Shown here piece after piece: positions 51,739-64,000 of a stretch of DNA of 64,000 bases; positions within the stretch are counted from its first letter, which is position 1, and each line of letters opens with the position of its first letter. The notes below the pieces were generated by a model. It had not been told where the DNA came from and did not search any database. It worked only from the letters and a program-made list of their open reading frames with translations. The DNA is taken from assembly GCA_000934665.2 (NCBI GenBank), contig JYFJ02000290.1, forward strand, positions 62,001-126,000, in the 5' to 3' direction. Source of the stretch: Catajapyx aquilonaris (taxonomy: Eukaryota). A program made the translations under genes and the position numbers.

Positions 51739-52128
51739 AGCCCCGGTTTATAATCGAAACGCGAACTTTCACCTTTGCCTGGAGGATTAAAGTAGGTTGG
51801 CGCCGATCACGTCACAAAAACCCCCCTGCTCTATAGTCCCCCCACAACCGATAGCAAAATTTATTGCCACACAACGAAATACCCTATGTTTAGGCCCGGG
51901 ACCGGTAAAACGTCACAATACACACACTTGCCAACTGGTAAACTTGTCACGAAATATGCAAACCGATTAGCGGATTTCCCCCCCTGGCTGAATCAGCCAG
52001 TTTGCGAATATTAACCGGCCGTACGTTATTTACTGCCTGTTCTAACGTTGCTTCGACTGTACTGGACTACTGGTACACCCGGTTTATACTCGCACCAATT
52101 TTTATCCGGCCCTTGCAACAATAGATAA

Positions 52129-52253
52129 GGGCCGGTTTCACCGAGCTTGGTATATGATAAAACCAGGTTTCTTTAGGAAAATCCATACAAATAGATAGGC
52201 ATTTTGAGAAATACCCTGGTTTTATCATATACTGAGCTCGGTGAAACCGGCCC
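52129..52253. mobile_element. PIF/Harbinger (Tourist-like) MITE
   Basis: 39-bp TIRs (GGGCCGGTTTCACCGAGCT...AAAACCAGG, 2 mismatches) with TAA on both flanks (52126-52128, 52254-52256). Confidence 0.85.
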
Positions 52254-53393
52254 TAAGGCAGATAAACCGACGGTGTATGCTAAGGATACAACCGGATACA
52301 CCAATCTATTAACCGCCGAATAATTGCTGCCAAGTTATTACAAACCGGCCGTATTATTTATCTTCGGATGATTTTTGATATTGTAGTAGTGAATCTGTGT
52401 CCAAAATTCATAATGAGATGACCCGCCGATTGGTACTATTCTTCACGTACAGATGGCGCGTACTCCCTGTGCACACTCCCGCCACCCTCGGATCATGCGA
52501 GAGATGTAGGTACTATCAGGTCGGACAAACATCTGGACGGAGAGAATAAGCATATAAGGAGAAAGATGGTATAACCTAGCCGCAGTGACGTCACAAATTG
52601 TTTACACCCGGACCCAACCCAATGTACCCAACTCGAATATTTCATTTAACCGGCCGGTTATGTGCGTAAACCCTAGTTTATTTTATTATTATAAATAATC
52701 CTTTTTCCCCCCCTCCCCTCCCCTTTCCTCCCACGACCAGCTGACGAACCGGAACCGCTCGATCGTGTCCCGTAACACCCCCTCAAACGCATGCGCTACA
52801 TGATCCGGAAATTAAAAAAAAGAGACCGTGGGCGGCCCCGAGGCCATTTAACTTACATTGCAGACTCCATGTTCTTCCCTGACTGCATGTCATCATATGG
52901 TGGTGTTGTTACGAGGAATCACACTTATTATAATTACAAACACACTTGGCACACACCCGCACTCTCCACTGTTTTGCACCAACAATATGTCCACTATACA
53001 GTAGGAAGAAAAAAAAATAAATAGTCACCGCCACTAAAGGGGTATTTTAACTAGTAAAGAGAGAGGATAGGAGTAGGGGAGACCCTGCCGTGTGGGGACC
53101 TCCCTCCCGATAAAAGCCATGTGCGGCGTTAGGCAGACGCCGAGTCAATGACCCGACCGCACTGCCTCCTCACGACCACCCACCCAAACCCTACTCTGCC
53201 CACCCCCTCCCTCCTCACATCCACTCTCCATCCATGCCCCCCAATCCCTCCTTCCCCAAAACGGAACGGTACCAACCTACCCCACTATAACTGGGGCCCC
53301 GCTATCGCCAACTTTACTCTCTCGCCCCTCGCAGGACTAGGGGGGGGGCCAAGAGACGGCCACACGGTTACTCAATAGGATTTTTTAAGCTGC

Positions 53394-53685
53394 ACGGACT
53401 ACTGATTCACAGGCCATGTCCTGGGACTGCAACTGTGGACTATCCACGAACTACTGGAATAAATGGCTAAACAATCCTACTCTGGACTGCCCATAGACTC
53501 CGGACATTCCCCGGATCGCCTTTCAACTTTGATCCTGGACTTTGCAGATAAAGCTGCTCCTGGACTAAATCCGGAATACTCCTGGACTACCCAGTTTTCC
53601 CGGACTGAATCGATGGACTTCTACTGGATTATGGCGCTAACTTTTGACCCTATATGCCTCCCCGATTCGGATTAGCAATGGACTT
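53394..53685. repeat. Degenerate GGACT/CTGGACT-rich low-complexity tract
   Basis: About ten GGACT words plus variants at irregular spacing. Confidence 0.55.
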
Positions 53686-54566
53686 ATTGTCAGAGAGAGT
53701 GTATCTGGATTCACAAAATATTGTCGAGTGCTATATGAACTACTGATTTATGACAGCCAGATACACGGTGCATCAGTATACACCCCCGAAATAAACAGTG
53801 ATTAGCTCCACCATGTTTTGGTAATCAAGCCTCATTATAGTAGAGGCTATTAGACGAGTCCAGGGATTTTTAGGGACTAATCTCGGATTACCTCCAACTG
53901 AAGATGGGCACCAGTTGCACCAGTGAAAGGTATATATACCCGCCGATCTACCTAGAATAATTCAACTAGCACCTTTTGATATATCTCGCAACGTCGCATC
54001 CAGAATGAATGGCATCAGTCAAAATTATTCGCTCTGTGACGTCGTAGTAGCCTAGATAGTCCCGACCAAATGTCCCGACATACCGCACCGGAAGTGCATC
54101 CGGAAGTCAGTGCACCATTCGATTGGACTATCGATGCAAAAAAAAAAAACAAAAAAAAACAGGCATGTAAGGCGATACCTGCCAATAAATCAGCGGAAAC
54201 ATGCCTATACCGCGTCCAAGCTGAGAATTTTCAACAAGTTATTATAACAGTTATCACACGCTATTGGTAATAGCTGTTACGATAGTTGCTGTTAGCATAA
54301 TAGTCGTCGAAATATGAGTGTTAAATAATAGTTGTCAAATTATAGCTATCATAACTTGTTAAATTAGTTACGTACAGTAGGTGTTAAATTAGTTTTTATA
54401 GTAGTTATTAAAGAGCAGTTGTCAGAATATTAGTTGTTACATAATAGTTGATATAATATTTAACTATTATTTTAGTAGCTATTATTAAACTATTAATTAT
54501 ATATTATTAATAGCTTGTTATTAATAGCTGCTAAAATAATTATAGCCATTAAACTAATAGTTGTCA

Positions 54567-54770
54567 AATATTAGTTATAGTAGCTGTTAAAATATTAGTC
54601 ATAGTAGCTGTTAAAATATTAGTTATAGTAGCTGTTAAAATATTAGTTATAGTAGCTGTTAATGTAGTAGTTGTAGTAGCTGTTAATATAGTAGTTGTAG
54701 TAGCTGTTAATATAGTAGTTGTAGTAGCTGTTAATATAGTAGTTAAAGTAGTAGTTAAAATAATAGTTAT
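54567..54770. repeat. 24-bp minisatellite (ATAGTAGCTGTTAAAATATTAGTT-like) within AT-rich degenerate repeat 54240-54900
   Basis: GTAGCTGTTAA recurs at 24-bp spacing. Confidence 0.85.
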
Positions 54771-57700
54771 AACAGCTGATAAAGTAATAGTTATAACAGC
54801 TGGTAAACTAATATAGCAGAAAATAGTGATAACAGCAGGTAAAATAGTCGTTGTTGCAATCATAAGCATTGTTAAAAGAATAGTTATTTATTACTCTTAT
54901 TTAGTGACTTGTTATTATTATTCAACAGGGCGTGACTTAAACTGCGGTTAGGTGTAACCGGGCGGTTAAGCGAATGGAGAAACCGGTGATCGGGCGATGA
55001 AGAGTTACCAGAGAGTTTTTGCAGGGTTACCAGGTCAAGCGGTACGTAGGTTGGCAGCGCGGTGACGTCACTAGGGGCGCCAAACTTCAAGCCAGGGCGA
55101 GCCAGGGTTTGTTTTCATCGCGCAAAGGCGGAAGTTTTTAGGGTGGGCTGAAAGTGGGGGAATTGGGGGAGGGGTGGTGGGATGATGGGGGTGGGGGGGG
55201 GGGGGTTCTCTCCGGGGCCAATAACCGGAGAAACCGGGCCCGCTCTGATGCTTTAGACGAGGCGGGTGTCCGAAAAATTTTGTCACATGTGCAGAGGGGT
55301 CAAAGAAGGTCACGCACAAAAATTCACCAAAATCTGAGTAAACTGCACATCATATTAGAAGCCCCCCTCTCCCCCCCCCTCTCCCCACTTTTCAGGAGGG
55401 TGGAGAGGACGTCGACCCTCCCTAGGACCCCCACTTTCTACTCGGGACATTTAGTAGTAGGTATATATTGTGTGTGCAATTCCCCGGGTGGGAAAAACCG
55501 GAAATAGAAACACCTCCGCGCATTTGCATATTCATGACGTCATTTGACCTAGTCCTGTTAACACTGAGGGGGAGGGGAGCTTGTTATGTAAGTTAATTGG
55601 CTGCACATTTTTGTTTCCATGCCGAGTGCCAATCAACGGTACGTTTCATTACACACTCTTGCAGATTTGCGGAATCTGTTAAATATTATAGCGCAAAAAT
55701 ATTGCTTCTGTACTATTAAAATCATCCGTTGTATATGAATATGGCCGAGGCTTCTGATCGGTCTGCCATATATTGTTTAAGCTAACCTTCTGATTGGCCC
55801 CTCTTATGCGCCTGCCCAATGATGAGTAGAACTATAGTATTTTAAAAAAAATATACGCTATGGAATTGGCTCGAGTCTGTGACTCTGTTTGTCCGGGGTG
55901 AGCTAGGTGCATGTAGTACCGCTTTCCTCCGCATGACAGAGTGGCAGTAGTGTGCAGAGAGGGAGGTTGCGCCATCTATGAGCGAAGTAAGGGACTTCGT
56001 GGGCAGTGTGCGCCATCTGTGTGAGGGAACGTGGCAGTTTTGACCAGTTTTGGCTCCATTGAGGCTCGTAGCTAGTCAATGATCTCATGATAGACCATCG
56101 GTGCCCCAACAGCATTGCAAGCCCACCCTGTACATGACACGAGTACATTAAACATTAATTGCATTAAATGTATTCGCAATAAACTGCGCTGATACTGGGC
56201 GACCTTGCTCAGGAGCATTACACCACAACCATACATACAGGGTGATACCGCAACTCTTATATAAACACCCTGTACATGACATGCCCCGAAAAAAAATGAA
56301 TGAAGTTTATTTATGGCGATAAAACCGGAAATAACAATCCGGTATCGGGATTTCTTCCTACCCGCGCCTGACATGAGCCGATTGATGCATCACTAATAGT
56401 TCTTGAATTGCGCAGTAATTAGTGCGGGGGCGTATTGCAATTACCGCTCCCCGAATTTTCGGCCCACGATCATATGAACAGAGTCATTTACACTGGCAGA
56501 AATCTACGCGAAAAAAATGCAGCTATCAGCGACTGTTACAAATTATATACAATTGGCTACTGTGCCTCTGTTTGTCCGGGGTGAGTCATCACGCCATCTA
56601 TGACCAAAATAAGGTACTACGTGTCATTTTTTAAAATGGCGCATTCTCTATGCCAAATATTTGCAATATGTGACTGTACTTGTGGAATACCCTAAAATTG
56701 TGGTACAGCAGCTTCACTTTGCGCAAATTTGCGATTGCAGCAAGCGGACTGCATGCATTCAACTGCGAGGCCAGATTGCACGCGGTCATTGCACGCAAAC
56801 AATGCGGGGATTCCCCCCCCTCCCCATCACNCCCCCCCCCCCCGATAAAAACTCGCTTCAAATTCTGCTCGACCAAGAAGAGTGACGATAAAGTATATTG
56901 TGCGGTCAACAATGGAGGTGACCAACTCTCTAAGGTCATTTTAGGAGCTAACCGGATGTGACATAACGATCAAACTCTGCAAAAAAAAAAAGGAGTAGTA
57001 TGCAAAAAAAAATGTAGGTCAGAGGGATTTCCCATCTCGAGGAAATGACTGGGCTTCGAACCTTGAATGGAAATTACTTAAAGGGAGGAGGTCAGCTCTA
57101 GTTGGAGGTCAACGGTCACACAGGACATCGCGGTTTGAGTAAATGAGGAAAGAGTGACAACGAAAATTGGGGACGCAGATATTGGCTGGAAAAAAAAGTG
57201 CAAGTGAACAATTGGGCGAAAAATTATTCGCAAGTGTTCAGCTCGTCCTTGATCTGATAGCCCTTTTTTCGCAAAATTACGATGCCATATTTCCAACACT
57301 GCTTATCACAGCGGTATTATAACTGTGGTCTATAAATAGCAGGGGACTGATATTGTAGCCAAAAATGATATTTTTTTCCTGATCTACATTATTTTTGTCA
57401 AACCGTACCCATTCGGACAGTGTCCCGAAAAACCCAAAACCGGGACAACAAATCCCGCTCAATACAAAGCTATATACGGGGAGAAACAGGAGCAGTCAAC
57501 GACCTGTTCACAACCCATTTCTACAGGGTGCTCCACAATCATGCTAAAAAGCTACTAACACATTACAAGAGCATTAAAAATTGATGCTTCAGTGGGACAC
57601 TTATCGCTAGTTATGCTCTTTTAATGGTTTATGTAGTTTACAGTGCTTGTACGCTTATTTCCAACGCTACGCTTAGAGGAGGGAGCAATAGGGTCGACGT

Positions 57701-58654
57701 TTGCGATGTTGCCAATAGGCTCGGGAGCTGCGCGAGTGTGGGTGCGTACTAGGTTGCGTTCGTTAACAAATTCATATACCAGGACGGGTAATTTGTTGCT
57801 GTTTTACGACAGCAACCGAGTGCGCAGCACAGTTCACGCAGCTTGCAGGGTTGGAATTATCAATGATTTCTCTCTGTACCATTATTTTCAACGCTATGCG
57901 CTTGGGTTCCGATTTGGATATCAAACTGACCTCGGGCAAATAATGTTTTTCTTTTTTATTTGCGACAATTCCCCCGTCTCATGGCGCCAGTCATGTTCGG
58001 ATCGCAATTCTTGGTACAAGAAAAATGGCGGAACTTTTACTTGTTGCCCGGAGACAGTTTTTTTTAGCGAATAAATTCAGGCCAGATTGAATTGAAGAGG
58101 CTATCAAGAAGAAGCATCGGCTCACAACTATAGAGGGTACAGTATATATACCCTGGGTGCGTTGACCTCCCTCCCTCCCTCCCCACCCACCCACGAGGAA
58201 AGGCGGAAATTTGATCAAATGCAGCCTCACAAAGTGCTCCATCCCCACCCCCGCATCCTCCCCCAGCATCACCCAGGCATCTTCATTTGCAATCAGAGAT
58301 AATTAAAAACCAACCTACATCTCCACTTCCGGATCGTCGCATCTTTTGGGTGAACCCACCTCCCCGGATATGCGCCACCCTGTAGTAGGGCTACAGGATG
58401 TGTCGTAATGTTTCGGACATACTTACAGGATGAACTCGTGTGGTCCAGAGGATCATTTTGAGTACAGGTGTCATTTGGTCTAAGCAGCCTCGTTAAGCAG
58501 ATAATTAGGATTGTTGTTACAACACGTGCGACTATACATTATATACGTATACTGTACAGTATATATAGTGAGTACTGTACAGTACCCGAAAGAAAATGAA
58601 ACCATAAACCTGGTGTACAGTCTTTGGTTGCAGCACAATATTGCCGAAACCTTG

Positions 58655-58791
58655 GGTGAAATTTTCGTCCCACTGCTAGTTTCTGCTAACTTAGCAGTAC
58701 TTGTGCCAACACTGGTATTGCTAAGTTATTAGTAGTACACCGTCTCACTGATAGTTACTTTCACTATTATCAGTGAGACGAACATTCCACC
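58655..58791. mobile_element. Small palindromic MITE, copy 2
   Basis: Ends GGTGAAATTTTCGTC/GACGAACATTCCACC. Shares CTAACTTAGCAGTAC with 45821-45953 and has a second hairpin CGTCTCACTGATA/TATCAGTGAGACG. Confidence 0.6.
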
Positions 58792-58859
58792 TCTTTTTAA
58801 CGAATGATATTTAAAAAATCACAGGTTTCTGTATTGATTCGTAATATTTCATGATACGG

Positions 58860-58909
<50 letters not shown>

Positions 58910-59029
58910 TTGTAATAATGGTCGTACGATATGACCAGGTGAATGTAAACATTACCTGGTCATCGCTGGCAACCCCCTTTTGGGAAAATGTGGTAATAAC
59001 AACAACAACAACAACAACAACAACAATAC

Positions 59030-59095
<66 letters not shown>

Positions 59096-59175
59096 GTGAG
59101 TAGAAACTGTCTACGTGCGAATGTGTACAGCTGCCTGGTTGGCTGGATGTGCATGGTGCGTGTGTGTGTGTGTGT
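58860..59175. repeat. Microsatellite cluster: (ATC)n, (AAC)n, (AAT)n, (GT)n
   Basis: Directly visible at about 58860-58906, 58997-59025, 59031-59094 and 59159-59175. Confidence 0.95.
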
Positions 59176-59640
59176 TGTGGTGGTGTACCGGGTGCATGGT
59201 GCAGCAGGTACCCCCCCATATAGGCGATCGATGGTTGGAGTGTACGTACTGTACGGAGAGGATCAATCCCCTGGTCGGCCTCGAATAGAGCAGCTCAAAA
59301 GAGGTGGTGGTTGGTGGGTGGGTGATGGCGGGAGAGGTGCAGTGCCCTTGTGACCCACATCCAAGGACCTCAACCCCCTCCCATTTCGCTCGCCCTCCAC
59401 CACCTCGCCTCGCCTCGGGAGGGGGAGGCAGGCAGGCACAAGACTGGCCAATCAGGAGGCGAGAGAATTGCGATGCGCTCTATGACGCAATTGTCAAACT
59501 TGGGAGAGGGGTTATAGGACCCTACTCTCGTCATGGCCCCCGGAGTGGGGGGATCCAGTCATAATAATCGGAAAAAATAGAGAGAGAGAGAGTGAGCATA
59601 AGGGGAGAGAAAAATGATCTTTATTAGCAGGTGGACAACT

Positions 59641-59871
59641 TTATGATTGATATTTAAGGAGGTTGGCCCAGCATTGCCTTTCAACCTCCAAGGATAGGGA
59701 AGGAAGGAAGGAAGCGGCTGTGGCCTATTATACGGAAGCAACCCCGGAATTATCCTAGAAAGACCGTGGAACACCACATAAAACCACGGTCAGGGTTGCC
59801 GGCCCCGGAATTCGAACCCAGGACCTCCCGATTAGGAGTCGGACGCCTATCCACTTATGCCAACCTGCTTC
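59641..59871 (-). mobile_element. tRNA-derived SINE with target-site duplication
   Basis: Minus-strand A box TGGCATAAGTGG (59851-59862), B box GGTTCGAATTCC (59807-59818) and a body containing 'GGCCACAGCCGCTTCCTTCC'. Flanked by the direct repeat GGTGGACAACT (59630-59640 and 59872-59882). Confidence 0.82.
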
Positions 59872-60397
59872 GGTGGACAACTGTGACGTCACAATATATT
59901 AATCTTCACACCCAGACGGGGTCAAGGGGGGGGGGGGGGGNGGACAGCAAATTTGGGGGGTTTGCAATAATTACACCCCATAATTATGCTGCGCGATGCG
60001 CGAGGTTTCAGATTGATCAGGGTACGATGAAAAGACCACATCATACACACGGTGTATCGCCTGACGTCACGCGGCTTAAACGCAAGTGATGACGGTGCAG
60101 AGGCAGGAACGCACCCGCGGGGTCTTCTCTGTTGGCGCCCCTGGAAACGACCTTAGCAGACAGGAGTGCGAATGCGCCCGTTAGGCCACGCCCCATTCTT
60201 TCTCCCCGCCCCTCCCTTTTTAAAGCTCCGCCTTGTTTTTTTTCCCTGCAATGGTGTAGGCACCTCCCCGCCCCTAGGTTCCGCCCCTGGTCTCTTCTTC
60301 CCTCGCGCCCCACCCGCCGCCAGCCCACCCGCCACCAGCCAGCCCATCCCCCGTCCACCCTTTTGAGTGGCTTCGGAAGACCTCGATCGGTGTGGAG

Positions 60398-60488
60398 GCC
60401 CCAGTGGCGCAATTGGTTAGCGCACGGTACTTATACGACAGTATTCGGAGCCATGCCGGGGTTGTGAGTTCGAGCCTCACCTGGGGCA
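60398..60488 (+). tRNA. tRNA-Ile(TAT) with a ~17-nt intron (60436-60452)
   Basis: Acceptor stem GCCCCAG/CTGGGGC, D-arm TGGCGCAATTGGTTAGCGC, anticodon stem CGGTA/TGCCG with TAT at 60432-60434, T-arm GTGAGTTCGAGCCTCAC, and a T-run terminator at about 60496-60500. Confidence 0.93.
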
Positions 60489-62006
60489 ACCCCTCTTTTT
60501 CCTTCCCTTCCTTCCTTCTTTGGCCCCCTGCCTGTAGGACACTGGAACGTCTTTATTTACTGAATATATTTTATATAATTAAAAAAAAAAGGCTTCTGTA
60601 CATACCTGGCCTGTAGTGGAGCCACTTCCTTACAACAAGTACCACCTGCAATAATTTATTATTGGTCAATAACATGCCAGACAGATTGTCACACGACCAA
60701 ATATTCTTATTTTTCTTCTTTTTTTGCCACACTCTTCGTCCACCATGGTAATTTTTAAATAGCACAGTGTTATAATTACATATGAGCAAACGTTTCACTG
60801 TCAGGAGGAGTTCGCTTCCAGAGGAGCAGAGTACGACCCACACGTTCTTTTTAATTTAAACGTGTGGAGCAGAAACAAAAGCGAGAGAGAGAGAGATTAA
60901 GTAGAATATTAAATTTTGAGTGACTACATTTTTTTTTCCTCTTTACAAATGCGCCTGAAGATTAGAGAGTAGTTTTTTTTTGTACTATGCGGGTTAAACG
61001 TCGGATTAAATGGAAGCGACTTACTTACAACTGGATAACTACGCGACTACGCTCTAATTACAATTCGGGGAATGTGAACTAGACACATTTGCCTTTTTTT
61101 TTTTTACAGTTTTTTTAATTATGAAAAAATAACTGGTCTCACCCTTTCCGACGCTACGAGTCGCACACCCGAGTGCGATCGCACAGTATCAACGCATCAG
61201 CAGTCTCTAATTAGCGCTAAGGCACAACCCATTTTTTAATATATATTTTCATCTCTCTTGGAAAAAAAAACCAAGGGAATTTTGGCAACCCAAAAAAATG
61301 GCAATCGGTATAATTTGAAGGCTAATCACTACATGTCAATCAGACGTTCGCAGTATTTTTCTTCTTCTCCGAGATCACAGCCATTGGGTATCATGTCACT
61401 TTTTCCATTTATTAATTAGTCGCAGATATTTTTTTCCACGGTGATATGTCCCCACTGGTTATGACTTTCCCAGCATTTAAATTAATTACGCAATTGCGCG
61501 CGCTCTCTCTCCCCTGCGCTTTTCTTTTTTACATAGATGTCAGTTTTTTTTTGCCTACTCAGCAAAATTTGTCTACATAGACAGTCATTTTTCAGGATTA
61601 TAATTATTGTTGGAAGCATACTATACGTCGGGATCTCACGGAAAAAAAAATTTATAATTACAGCGTCGGATATTTATGCGGGCCGTTCCGTAGACGCTAA
61701 CAAAGCTTGTAATTAACATCCAGCGAATCGAACCGACGAGAATGCATAGTTTAACGTCGCTTTGGTTAATTTCCAAGCCAATTAAACGTGTACGTAACTG
61801 ACCATAAGTAGACGTAACTATTAGGAATCAACGCAAACCGTCAAATGGAAATGTACAGAACAATATGGGAGGGAGGAAAATAATAACAACAATAGTTCGG
61901 GAGATTTACAATTTCCCTTCGACGCAACGGCAGGTCTCTTCACTTTCCGGTCAAAGGGATGCGACGTCACTTTTCGTACGAAACAAATCGTTACCTCGCT
62001 GTAATT

Positions 62007-62147
62007 TCAATCAGTGTAATCCATTGTCTTGATGAACTCAACGGCTGAGCAGAATTGAGTCCACCAGTACTGCTCCTCTCCGGTCATGCGCGATCCGTAG
62101 AAGTTGTTCACGTACTGAACCGTCGAGAGCAGCGACGGTGGATTCGC
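62007..62147 (-). CDS. GAPVD1: GAPVD1 terminal coding exon, VPS9 C-terminus
   Basis: Acceptor TTCCAG|, then 'ANPPSLLSTVQYVNNFY...GEEQYWWTQFCSAVEFIKTMD' and a TGA stop at 62007-62009. Confidence 0.92.
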   Translation of the reverse strand, partial: ANPPSLLSTVQYVNNFYGSRMTGEEQYWWTQFCSAVEFIKTMDYTD

Positions 62148-62198
62148 CTGGAAATAACCGGAATCAGTACGAGCGACCAGAATCGTTAGGAATCTTAC

Positions 62199-62475
62199 TT
62201 TGATTAGGACGAAGACGAGAACAGGTATGATGTCGTCTGCGGCTGCGGAGGATCCCGATTTGTCGAACGCCAACGAGAGAAGGTTGACGATTGTGGCCGA
62301 GCATCTCAGGACGCAGCGGACTTTGTCTCGTGGCATCTTGTAGGCGCTGATGGCCGCGATTTCCGCTTGAGCCGACGGCCAGGGACACTCGTAGTGGTAA
62401 ACCTTTGGGATCCGCAAGTCCTTGTGGTTCACGCTGATCACTGTGGACAGCTTCTTCACATGCTCGTGCAGCACC
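62199..62475 (-). CDS. GAPVD1: GAPVD1 exon, VPS9 (Rab5 GEF) domain
   Basis: 'ECPWPSAQAEI..ISAYKMPRDKVRC' and 'AADDIIPVLVFVLIK' are VPS9 motifs. Donor AAA|GTAAG; the following intron (62148-62198, 51 nt) is in frame. Confidence 0.92.
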
Positions 62476-62529
62476 CTGCGGCACAAGTAAATTAGGATAA
62501 CGTTGTGGCGCATTTGCAGCGGAACTTAC

Positions 62530-63312
62530 TGGTCTCGGGAGATGTCCCCGTCTCCGTTTGGATACAGAGCGTGCAGGTACACCTGGCTCATCACGGCTTG
62601 TTCCACGGCCAGTTGGGCCATCTGCTGCTGCCCGGGACATCCCTGCCATATGGGATCGCGGGACAGCTGCTCCCCCATGGCCTGCAGGAACCTTTCGACC
62701 AAATCGGTCTTCTCGTCAGAAGCCGTCAGCCGCTGAAACTCCTGTCCCAACGCTTGAAGCTGGCCTTCCCTGCCCTCCAGGAAGATCCGGACGCAGACGG
62801 ACACCAGGAATCGCCCGCACATGGAACGATCCTGCTCGAGCCGCTCGGTCAGCCGCTCCAGGTGATGTAACGTGGACAGCAGGCCCTGGCGGGATCGGAC
62901 CAAGTACGCGACGTACGGAGTGCGCCGGCGGTACTCCTCCCGCATTGAGCGGAACAACCGGCAGCATCCTTCGTCGTCGAACAGCATGACGCATCGTAGT
63001 GTCTCGTGCAATTGGGACGTCAGATGCCGATCCTGCAGGTTGATAGCTTCAGCTAGTTGCAGGCGGAGTAGGCGCAACAGCGGATTGTCGCCTCCTTGTA
63101 ACGCCAAGCTTCCAAGTCCGGTCAGATTATGCAGGTCCGTCCCGCTCAGTACGAGCCGCAGCTTGCGCTTTGCATCCGAGAAAGCGTAGGAAGTGTCGCT
63201 CAGCATGTCTGCGTTCAACATCGCAGCGTCTTCCTCCGCCTTGACTGTTGCGTCCGACTCGACTGCTGACTCGGGCGCCGTCGTTACGTCCTCGGCAGCA
63301 CTTACTTTGCAC
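62530..63312 (-). CDS. GAPVD1: GAPVD1 exon (AFSDAKRKLRLVLS ... ALYPNGDGDISRDQ)
   Basis: Acceptor CACAG| and donor CA|GTAAG are phase-compatible with the neighbouring exons (intron 62476-62529, 54 nt). Encodes the conserved pre-VPS9 helical region. Confidence 0.9.
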
Positions 63313-63365
63313 CTGTGATAAACATTCGTTATTCGTGCACCATCAGTAAACACAGTGATACGCAC

Positions 63366-64000
63366 CTATATTTTGCAAGGATGTCGTCGGAACTTTCAAC
63401 CGGGTGCGCATCCTCCGAGAGTGACTTTCGGAGCCTCGGGTGCTCCTCGGGTCGTAAAAGGTCGCTCCCTCCGCCCCACCCGACGTAGCTCTTCACGCGT
63501 TCCTCCTGCTGTTGGCCCCGCAGCATCTTACGTCGCCCTTTGAAAGGTAGCTTGAAGCTTCGGAGGAATCCGCGGCGGTGCTTCCCGCCCTCCTCCTCCA
63601 CGCTGTCCCAGTCGCCACGTTCGGCCGTCTTGTCGAAACTGATGCTCTTTGGGATTGCGCCGCTCGATGCGGACGGTACATCGTCTGCGTTAGTCTGGAC
63701 CTTGACAGGCCCGTTTTGCAGTCCGTCCCCGTCACCCTCGTGCTTCGACCTCCGTCCGTACGACACTGTCGTTGGGCTGGCTGGAACTGGTCCGTCCTCT
63801 TCTGAGCTGGTGCGTCCCGGCTGATGGTGGTGGTGGTGGTGCCTGTGCCGGTGGTGGTGATGCGGTTGAGGATGAAGCTGCCCCGGTATCGTATCCAAAG
63901 TCGGGAGTGAACCAGTCGCAACCACAGGAACAGGCTTTAGGGTCTGGGCTTTCGGGTAACTCTCGATGCTGCGTGGGCTGTCCGGCGGCAGTGAATCCAT
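63366..64000 (-). CDS. GAPVD1: GAPVD1/RME-6/Gapex-5 internal exon (continues beyond the window)
   Basis: Open frame containing 'AIPKSISFDKTAE' and 'SSDDILAKYR'; ends at donor AG|GTGCG (intron 63313-63365, 53 nt). Confidence 0.85.

Noticed and set aside
55864..56602. Short direct repeats (CTCTGTTTGTCCGGGGTGAG, CACCCTGTACATGACA) as LTRs
   Set aside because: Only 16-20 bp matches, with no TG..CA ends, PBS or PPT; probably a local duplication.
54564..59219. Thr-rich ORF (54564-54869) and poly-Ile/Val/Asp ORFs (58797-59219)
   Set aside because: They are translations of mini- and microsatellites.
62164..63921. Overlapping alternative-frame and antisense ORFs in GAPVD1
   Set aside because: Shadows of a GC-rich coding sequence.

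Overview
Eukaryotic genomic DNA, most likely an arthropod (divergent ionotropic receptor, 51-54 nt GT-AG introns, TTAGG-type repeat, tRNA-derived SINE). Conventional content is sparse: an intronless ionotropic receptor gene (+, 13365-15386), an intron-containing tRNA-Ile(TAT) (60398-60488), the last four coding exons of a GAPVD1/RME-6 gene (-, 62007 to window end), and a zone of MITEs, satellites and a SINE from about 45.6 to 60 kb. The most unusual feature is in the first ~44 kb. It holds roughly 30 non-coding, GC-richer islands of about 300-750 nt, spaced about 1-1.5 kb apart by AT-rich spacers. By eye, each island folds back on itself through nested helices (up to 28 bp), and the non-Watson-Crick pairs I found are mostly G-U on the + strand. 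The islands share no obvious primary sequence and have no credible ORFs. I interpret this as a candidate array of long structured (hairpin/rod-like) non-coding RNAs surrounding the receptor gene. All pairings were found by eye and need folding and expression data to confirm.
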